NCBI GenBank assembly: GCA_951406725.2
Contig: OX597838.1
Span: 38,068,001-38,132,000 of the forward strand
DNA length: 64,000 bases
Source of the DNA: Octopus vulgaris
Lineage: Eukaryota
Direction of reading: 5' to 3'
The notes below the pieces were generated by a model, which was not told the DNA's origin, made no database searches, and saw nothing but the letters and a program-made list of their open reading frames with translations. Shown piece after piece: positions 54,470 to 64,000 of the stretch (the first letter of the stretch is position 1; the number at the start of each line of letters is the position of its first letter). A program made the translations under genes and the position numbers.

Positions 54470-54968
54470 TAGTTTCAGCCCAGAGCTGTGGCCATGCTGA
54501 TGCACCGCAGTTTTGCTACACTGTTATTACTAAGAGCCTCCTCTAATATGTGGCACTTGGTGAAGAATGGAGTTTGATATAGCTACTCTCATTTGTACCT
54601 CTTGCCTTGAGGTAGGTTCATCTGGGACTCTCGACAGGAAGAGGTTCAGCTTTGATTTAAAAACCCTTATATCTACTTTGTGCAAGCTCCTCAGACTCTT
54701 TGGGAGAATATTAAAAAGCTGTGGGCCCTTGAAACCCAGACTGTTGCAGTAACTGTTCCTGAAGCGTGATGACATTGCTGGAACCTTTGGCACTATGCAG
54801 GGTCGTCCCGTTCTGGCATTGCTGTAGCTTTCAATGCCAAAATTTGGCAAAATTCCTTCCAGATATATATTACTGCATACCTCTCCCGTCTTCTCTCCAG
54901 GGAGTAGAGTCTTAACTGATCCAACCTTTCCCAGTAGCTGAGCTGTTGCAAAGAGACGATCTTCTTTA
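54470..54968 (-). pseudogene. CR1-group LINE 3' end
   Basis: SYWERLDQLRLYSLERRRERY...GPQLFNILPKSLR...FKSKLNLFLSRVPDEP. Confidence 0.8.
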
Positions 54969-55250
54969 TATATATCAATTTAATACACATACCGAAAGAA
55001 CAGTTTCTTTTGAAACTTTACGTAAGCATATTTAATTAATAAGCCATATACCTTCCCCAAGTAATCTCCAGGTTCTGTTTATGCGTTAGATATACTTGAG
55101 GACAAGAAGAAATTAGAGCCTGAAAAATTGCATGGCGTAATTTATAAATATATCTATTTAAAGTATCATAAAAGCATGAAACTATTAGATCTTTCGGTAT
55201 GTGTATTAAATTCACACACACATACACACACACACACAAGTACATATATA

Positions 55251-56454
55251 CAGACATGACAGAAGTATATAGACACCTCATAAAACTTTTTTAGGATTAT
55301 TCTAATTTGTAATGGTTTATATTTTTTATTAATTGACATTTTTATATTTCAGGTTCTATATGTGACTGTTTAATCATGCCATGTACAAAAGAAGCCTTGG
55401 AACTCTCTGAATTTCAAAGAGGCCGTATTGTGGGTCATTCAATGGACGTAGTTAGCGTAAAATGGCAGAAAATCTTGGGAACCCCCTCTCTACAGTTAAT
55501 GCAGTGATTGTGCAATTCACTACAGAGGGGAAAGAGTACACATCACCTCGCCCAAATCAACCAGGGCTCTCTGACAAAACCCTTCTCTTTGTTAAGAGAA
55601 GTGTGGAGGACAATCCGCGTTGCAAGGCCTCTGACATAGAAGAACAAGTTGATATCAGTTCCAGAACAGTTGCCATGTATCTCTACAAACTTGGTTACTA
55701 TGGCAGAGCAGCAAGAAGGAAACTACTTCTTCGATCAGCCAATATCAAGCGGAGAATAGATAGAGCCAGTGAGATGCTGGAGAGACCACTAGCATTTTGG
55801 GACACTGGTATATTCTCTGATGAGTTCAGATTTGCTGTATTTCCTGACAGTGGTCGAGTGTGGGTCTGAAGACTCTTTGATCAAGTATTTGATGTGAAAA
55901 GATTGCAACCAGCAATGGCTTGAGGGCAAATTGAAACAATGTTTGATCAGTGCTTGGGAGTGTGAAGGAAATTCATATAAATATATGCCCTTATTGCAGA
56001 AAGGACTTCTTCCAATCTTCTCCAGTGAAACGATTAAAAAATGATTATTTATGGAAAATGGGACTCCTTGTCACACATCTAAAATGACCTAATATTTGTT
56101 GGATGAGAGTGGCATTAAAAAACTTCCACGGTCAAGCCAGTCACCAGATATGAACCCTATTGAACACTTCTGGGACATTATAGACAGGTCACTTCATAAA
56201 AAGAGCAAGAAAGCATCTTCAAAACCAGATCTTTTGAGATTACTGCATGAAATTTGGCAAGGAATTCCGCAAGAAAGTATTCGTCATTCGGTCAATAGCA
56301 TGTCCAATAGGGTCCTTGCATTGAAAACTGCAAAGAGCATGTCTACTAAATATTAAACGTTCACATTATAACAATTAATAAATAATTTGAATGTATAATT
56401 TCAGATTTAAAGACATTTTAATGATTAAAAAGTTGTCTACTTCTGTCATGTCTA
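55251..56454 (+). mobile_element. Tc1-like transposon with decayed DD34E transposase (55376-56356)
   Basis: TIRs TA|CAGACATGACAGAAGTA and TACTTCTGTCATGTCT; ELSEFQRGRIVG, FSDEFRF, SQSPDMNPIEHFW motifs. Confidence 0.85.
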
Positions 56455-56490
56455 TGTATATATGCATACGTACATACACACACATACATA

Positions 56491-56586
<96 letters not shown>

Positions 56587-56924
56587 CATATATATATATA
56601 TACCATACATCGAACGGTCTAACGGAACTGCTAGCATTCCTACACCTATGCAGACATGCGAATTCATATTTCCCTCCAAAATTTACCACGTGAGCTACAA
56701 AAACGTTACCAACGAAACGAAAAATTCGCAGATAACTTGTAAGGGAGCAAAAGTATTCAATATGCAATAAAGGGTGGAATATAATTAATTTAATAAAATT
56801 AATCAATTTCACCTAGTAGATTTATCGGTATGGAAAAGACCATATTTGGTGAGGGTTATAATAATTATAATTAAGGGTTAAATGCAACAAGTCAGTTATT
56901 ATGACAAAAAAAAAAATGCTATCT

Positions 56925-56987
56925 TAATAACTGACGAGATGCCGGAGCAGATTTCCGCCCCGATATCTGAAACTCGGAGTTTTATTA
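56925..56987 (+). ncRNA. Type I hammerhead ribozyme motif
   Basis: TAATAA-CTGACGA-GATG...TATCt-GAAA-CTCGGAG-TT-TTATTA; perfect 6-bp stem I, quasi-palindromic stem III. Confidence 0.7.
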
Positions 56988-58193
56988 TGGTAACCGAATA
57001 ATTGTCACATATTATATTACAGATACACACACACACACACACACACACTAGGCTATAGGAAAAGATATTTGCTTAAGGTGCTGTGCAGTGCAACTGAAAC
57101 ATAGAAGCAAGTGTTTGGGAAGCCTTTTGAAGTATTTGTTTCGTCTCTCTATGTTCTAAATTCAAATCCACCCGGCGCCAACTTAGCACTTCATGGGTTT
57201 CGAGTCGGTCAAGTGTAGCACCACCCAAGCCGTTGATTCTTTTGATAAACTTTATTTAACTTTTTCCTAAATCAGAAGCAGTTATACACGCGAATAACAG
57301 GGTGGGGCGGACTAGCTGAATCCTTACAACATCGGTTATAATACCTTGCAGCACATGAATCGTTATGATATGAGTTCAAATCCCGCTGGGATCTTTGAAA
57401 GTTTTCCTGTGCTAACGTGGAGCTAAGCAACATGCAATACCAACCTCCACAACTGCGAAGTAGAAGAAGAAGAAAAAGAAGAAGAAGAAGAAGAAGAAGA
57501 AGAAGAAGAAGAAGAAGAAGAAGAAGAAAGAGAAAGAAAAGAAGAAAATGAAGCAAGAGGAAGAAAAAAGAAAATGAAGGAAGAGGGGAAAGAAATAGAC
57601 GAAGAAAGAGAAACCCTCGAGGTAGTGGGGTCTTTATGTGGCCGCTTCCTAGTACTAGAAATAACTGGCAAGTCCCACTGGATTTTACATCTTACAGTCT
57701 TAAAGAAGCAAAATAAAAAGTACGTTGGTAAATATAGTCCTATGTACCGCTAAAATACAGGATGGTCACGTTTGAAACACCTTTGATCGTTGGTCTGTTT
57801 GATGTGAGTGACCTTGAGTGATGCAACAGACAACATTAACAAGAACAATAACAATAATTACAATAACGAAGGTAGCTTTTAATTCCGCTGTAACAAATTT
57901 GGTTACAGAGGTAATGACTGAAGTTTATGGAAATCACAATGGATCAAATTTACCGTATTTGTTATGCGTATATTTTCGATCAGAATTAAAAGATCAAAGA
58001 TGTAGAGAGAGAAAGGGAGAGTGGGAGAATGAGAGGGAGGGTGGGTGGTAGGAAAAGTAATATTTACCAAAATTTTATTTGGCCAGCATCGAAGCATTAA
58101 CGTACGGTTCACGTTATGAACGACGCTACTTTGCTCTATCCAAACAGTTTTTAATAATAACTCTGAACGTTATGAATATACAGATATGTGAGC

Positions 58194-58239
<46 letters not shown>

Positions 58240-58302
58240 GTATATATATGTATGTATGTATGTATATATTTATATGTGTGTGTGTATATATATGTATATA
58301 TA

Positions 58303-58340
<38 letters not shown>

Positions 58341-58605
58341 CATATGTGTGTATATCTATGTGTGTACATATACATATATATGTATGCATATGCATAGATA
58401 TGTGTATATATTTACATTTATTATATATACACATATTCATACATATATATATATATATTTGTATATATATATATATATATTTGTATGTATATATATATAC
58501 ATATATATGCACATCGATACATTTACACAACATACATGCACATATAGGTATATATATATATATTTATTTATTCATATATATTTATTTATATACTTTTATA
58601 TACAC

Positions 58606-58778
<173 letters not shown>

Positions 58779-59367
58779 TACATGCATACACGTATATGTA
58801 AATATGTAGTTATATATACATTATATATATATGTACATATGTGTGTAATATATTTGTGTATGTGGTTATGTATTTCAATAAAATTGTATTTAATCTTTCG
58901 TTTAAAATAAACAATAAATGGGAACCAACAATGGTGGCTGCGATTGGAAGGATGCATCGTCTTGTACGCAGTAGGGTATTGTTTTAAGGAGAACCAAAAC
59001 GCTTATTGGCTGTTCAGGCCAATCTTACAACACATTCGGTGGAAAAGACTTCACGAGGCAGAAATTTTCTACCATAAGATGTAAGCATTTATATATGCAC
59101 CGGAGTTTTGAAATATATTTTTAGGATTTACGACATCCACAGTAATTTCGGAATGTGCTGAAAATTGTTTCATTCTTATTGTTGCAGTATATTTGTTCAT
59201 ATACCTACAGATGCACATAATTATGCAAATTACCTTTATCACCTTGACTGGTCGGACTGTTGGATGTCGATGTTAATCGTTTGAGCAGAGTATTTCATCC
59301 ACTTCGTTTCGGATCTCGACCTCCTTCTCCATTGTATGCCATTATTCTCTTATGCATATATAGGGAC

Positions 59368-59478
<111 letters not shown>

Positions 59479-59479
59479 C

Positions 59480-59541
<62 letters not shown>

Positions 59542-59543
<2 letters not shown>

Positions 59544-59811
59544 AGGCGCAATGGCCCAGTGGTTAGGGCAGCGGACTTGCGGTCGTAGGATAGCGGTTTC
59601 GATTCCCAGACCGGGCGTTGTGAGTGTTTATTGAGCGAAAACACCTAAAGCTCCACGAGGCTCCGGCAGGGGATGGTGGTGATCCCTGCTGTACTCTTTC
59701 ACCACAACTTTATCTCACTCCTTCTGTCGGCGTCATTTGAAGGCTAAAACAATGCGAAGCGCATTGTGACCAGCGATGTGTAGCAACATCTGATAGCCTG
59801 GCCGGTCACGG

Positions 59812-59813
<2 letters not shown>
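59542..59813 (+). mobile_element. tRNA-derived SINE family E
   Basis: GGAGGCGCAATGGCCCAGTGG A-box, GTTTCGATTCC B-box, non-tRNA 3' part. Confidence 0.65.
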
Positions 59814-59888
<75 letters not shown>

Positions 59889-59899
59889 CATATATATAC

Positions 59900-59930
<31 letters not shown>

Positions 59931-60224
59931 CAACAAAAATACATACATACAAATAAACAAACAAGCATATATAATTACATACATACTAAAATTTTAATAG
60001 TTTGCTTGAAGCATCGTATATTGAATACAATGTTGAAAGATGTAAAAGGCTAAACAATGCAAATAGATTTTAAGATGAGGTAACGTAAACTAAAAGTAAG
60101 TTACCTGGTAATCCCTGGTCTTATGTGTATCGAATATTTGGGGCATACAAGTTTCTTCTTCGGTTTACGTTACCTCATCTTAAAATCTATTTAGATTGTT
60201 TTGCCTTTTACATCTTTCAACATT

Positions 60225-60705
60225 GGAGTGGCTGTGTGGTAAGTAGCTTGCTTACCAACCACATGGTTCCGGGTTCAGTCCCACTGCGTGGCACCTTAGG
60301 CAAGTGTCTTGTACTGTAGCCTCGGGCCGACCAAAGCCTTGTGAGGGGATTTGGTAGACGGAAACTGAAAGAAGCCTTTCGTATATATGTATATATATGT
60401 ATGTATGTGTATGTATGTGTCTGTATATGTTTGTCTGTCTGTGTTTGTCCCTCTAGCATTGCTTGACAACTGATGCTGGTGTGTTTACGTCCCCGTTACT
60501 TAGCGGTGTGTGTGTGTTGATGTGTGTGTTCGTGTGTGTATATATATGTTTGTCACACGTCACGCCTCTTGATACTCAACGTTTGTTTAAGTACGTCAGC
60601 GTACTTAGTGTAAGCAGGTTCACCTACTTAGAGGTTCAGCAACTGTTACCCATAGAATGATTACAAGATTTAAAAATAAGTCTTGGGGCTGATCGGTTCG
60701 ACTAA
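60225..60705 (+). mobile_element. SINE family A with rearranged 3' half
   Basis: Head and body match the family. Confidence 0.8.
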
Positions 60706-61498
60706 AAACCGCATCAAGACGAACAGAAAGGGTTTACTTTTCTATATTATAGTAGAGAACCCTTTTAACGCTTTATACTGGAAAAACATTGATTTTTTCA
60801 CAATATTTTACGCTTCGTTAAGAGGCAGGTGACATCCACAGGCGAGTAGGAATCGGTAATATGTACCACGTCCTGTTTTAGCAGCCTATATAGTCGCGAG
60901 CAGAGGTAAACATCCTCTCGCCGGTCGTTTCTCGGATGGCACAGCTGGAGGGAAGAAAGGTTGTGACGGAATCTGTCTCGAACTCATCACAATTGACTTG
61001 GCTTTAACAACGCAATCAATGTGCCGCCCGTCCAGTATGGTTTCTACTATAGACACAAGGCTCGAAATTTTGTGGGAGAGGCATTGTCGATTTCATCGAT
61101 CCCAGTGCTCAACTGGTACTTTTTTCATGGACCCCGAAAGGATTAAATGACAAAGACGATCGCGGCGGAATTTGAACTTCTCCTCAGAAATTGGTGATAC
61201 AACGACAATGTTAGAAAGAATTAAAATTCATCCATCCATCTATCCACCCCGTGTTGTTTTAAGATGGTAGAATTTAATGGGAGTTGAAGAAAATTTAGCC
61301 TCTTTTTCTAGCAAGTGAAATAACTACGAAGGATCTCTTTCTTTTCTCTTTGGCTTGCAAAGAATCAATGATTTGTTGCAAGGTCACGTAGTTGATCTAT
61401 TTGTTTATTTATTCAGCTATATAATAATAAGATTATTATTAAATTATTATTATTATTATTATTATTATTGAGTGAGAGAGCAGTTCATACAAAACAAT

Positions 61499-61542
<44 letters not shown>

Positions 61543-62044
61543 TTTATTAGTTTGTATTTATCATATTACCGAAACAAGAAAGCAACCTAGGTCAAAAGGT
61601 ACAACTTTTAGCAATGTGGCGGATAGAAAAGAAGGAAGGGTGGCTGAGATGCAAATTCTCTATTCTTTTAAAATTACACTTCAATTTCGGAATACAATGC
61701 ATTGTTGAGTTCCAGCTTGGAACAGGAAATAATAGGGAAAAGTATAAATCAAACGAAATGCCAAAAGCCATTTTGAATTATGAATATGAGTTGTTGTGTT
61801 GACAATAAGAATTATATATAGTTATTTGAAGTAATTATATGAAGAAGAGCGGCGGCAGTGGGGTGGATGTGTGTATATAAAACTATCGTCTTTGTGACAG
61901 ACGACTAACAATAAACTAGGTCCGAGTGTCACGTGGTTTACACAAGTATGAACATGCCAGTACATGCATGACGTCATAGAGCTAGGTCTTTACTCCGTCG
62001 CTTTCTTCGATGAGAGAGTGTTCCAGTTGTTCGATTCACGAAAA

Positions 62045-62191
62045 GGCGTAGGAGTGGCTGTGTGGTAAGTAGCTTGTTTACCAATCACATGGTTCCGGGT
62101 TCAGTGTCTTCTGTCATAGCCTCGGGTCGACCAAAGCCTTGTGAGTGCATTTATTTGGTGGACGGAAACTGAAAGAAGCCAGTCATATACA

Positions 62192-62256
<65 letters not shown>

Positions 62257-62485
62257 TTGTGTGTCTGTGTTTGTTGCCCCAACATCGCTTGACAACCGAT
62301 GCTGGTGTGTTTACGTCGCCGTAGCTTAGCGGTTCGGCAAAAGAGACCGATAGAATAAGTACTAGGCTTACAAAGAATATGTCCTGGGGACGATTTGCTC
62401 GTCTAAAGGCGGTGCTCCAGCATGGCCACAGTCAAATGACTGAACCAAGTAAAAGAGTAAAAACAGTAATAAAAGAGTAAAAGAG
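62045..62485 (+). mobile_element. SINE family A
   Basis: Match with a small internal deletion. Confidence 0.85.
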
Positions 62486-62898
62486 AATATTTCATGTCGT
62501 TCTTTGGTGAAGGGACACTGCCCAAAACGTCCCCAATTTTTTTGTCTTCTTTACGGCCTAAAATTTCCTTTCTCTTTTTTTTTATTCATTGGTTTATAAG
62601 CAGAATACAGGCACAGATATTAGTACGTAGTTCTGGTGATCAATCCTCAAATATTTGCTTTCTTGTTGATTTCTGTGCAAATGATTCCTACAATTACGTC
62701 CAGTCGACTAAGACTTATGAGGCGACATTTCATAGACGGATAATTAAAATATGTCTACGGTAGGTCTGAGTGTCATGTACTTTGGACTAGTATAAAACAA
62801 GTCAGCGTACGTATGACGTCATGAATCTAGATCTTATTTTCTCGTTTCCCCAATGTAAAAGTATTTGACTTGTTCGATTGACGGTATATTATGTGATT

Positions 62899-63874
62899 AA
62901 AGGCAGCGAGCTGGCAGAAACGTTAGCACACCGGGCGAAATGCTTAGCGGTATTGCATCTGTCTTTACGTTCTGATTTCAAATTCCGCCGAGGGCGACTT
63001 TGCCTTTCATCCTTTCGGGGTCGATAAATTAAGTACCAGTTACGCACTGGGGTCGATGTAATCGACTTAATACCTATGTCTGTCCTTGTTTGTCCCCTCT
63101 GTGTTTAACCCCTTGTGGGTAATAAAGAAATAGGTATTTCGTCTGCCTCTACGTTCTGAGTTCAAATTCCGCCGAGGTCGACTTTGCCTTTCATCCTTTC
63201 GGGGTCGATAAATTAAGTACCAGTTACGCACTGGGGTCGATGTAATCGACTTAATACCTATGTCTGTCCTTGTTTGTCCCCTCTGTGTTTAGCCCCTTGT
63301 GGGTAATAAAGAAATAGGTATTGCGTCTGTCGTTGTGTTCTGAGTTCAAATTCCGCCGTGGTCGACTTTGCCTTTCATCCTTTCGGGGTCGATAAATTAA
63401 GTACCAGTTACGCACTGGGGTCGATCTAATCGACTTAATACCTATGTCTGTCCTTGTTTGTCCCCTCTGTGTTTAGCCCCTTGTGGGTAATAAAGAAATA
63501 GGTATTGCGTCTGTCGTTGCGTTCTGAGTTCAAATTCCGTCGAGGTCGACTTTGCCTTTCATCCTTTCGTGGTCGATAAATTAAGTACCAGTTACGCACT
63601 GGGGTCGATGTAATCGACTTAATCCGTTTGTCTGTCCTTGTTTGTCCCCTCTGTGTTTAGCCCCTTGTGGGTAATAAAGAAATAGGTATTGCGTCTGTCG
63701 TTGCGTTCTGAGTTCAAATTCCGCCGAGGTCGACTTTGCCTTTCATCCTTTCGTGGTCGATAAATTAAGTACCAGTTACGCACTGGGGTCGATGTAATCG
63801 ACTTAATCCGTTTGTCTGTCCTTGTTTGTCCCCTCTGTGTTTAGCCCCTTGTGAGCAATAAAGAAACAGGTATT
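62899..63874 (+). repeat. SINE family D head followed by five tandem 184-bp bodies
   Basis: GCCTTTCATCC starts at 63002, 63186, 63370, 63554 and 63738 (exact 184-bp spacing). Confidence 0.92.
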
Positions 63875-64000
63875 TTATGTGATTCCTAGGTGAAGAGACG
63901 ATGTCCGAAAAGTTACAAATTTCTTCTGCATTACATAAAATTTGTTTGGAGGGGAAAAATTTGCTTCTGTTCAATGACGTTTTGGCAGAAGAGAAACCCG

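Noticed and set aside
62949-63874. CRISPR-like regular array
   Set aside because: Whole 184-bp units repeat with no unique spacers, there are no cas genes, and the context is eukaryotic.

Overview
AT-rich eukaryotic DNA made almost entirely of microsatellites and transposable elements. The tRNA-headed SINE families and (TA)n/(AAT)n/(TAGA)n load suggest an octopod cephalopod, probably intergenic or intronic (inference, not verified). No host protein-coding gene is recognisable, and most ORF-track entries are translated microsatellites. Real coding remnants are a near-intact, 5'-truncated Penelope-like element (RT + GIY-YIG, 19188-23087) with a 1.2-kb inverted arm; three R4/Dong-type restriction-endonuclease LINE fragments; CR1-group and RTE LINE fragments; two Tc1 DD34E pseudogenes; and maT/mariner scraps. 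Non-coding elements include several SINE families, non-autonomous Helitrons and hAT MITEs. The main unexplained signal is about a dozen hand-folded minimal type I hammerhead ribozyme motifs from mostly unrelated sequence families. They typically sit in 340-600-bp non-coding units with terminal direct repeats and/or inverted arms embedded in (TA)n tracts. This looks like a diverse retrozyme-like / non-autonomous Penelope system next to a plausible autonomous partner family. All folds were done by eye and coordinates may be off by a few bases.
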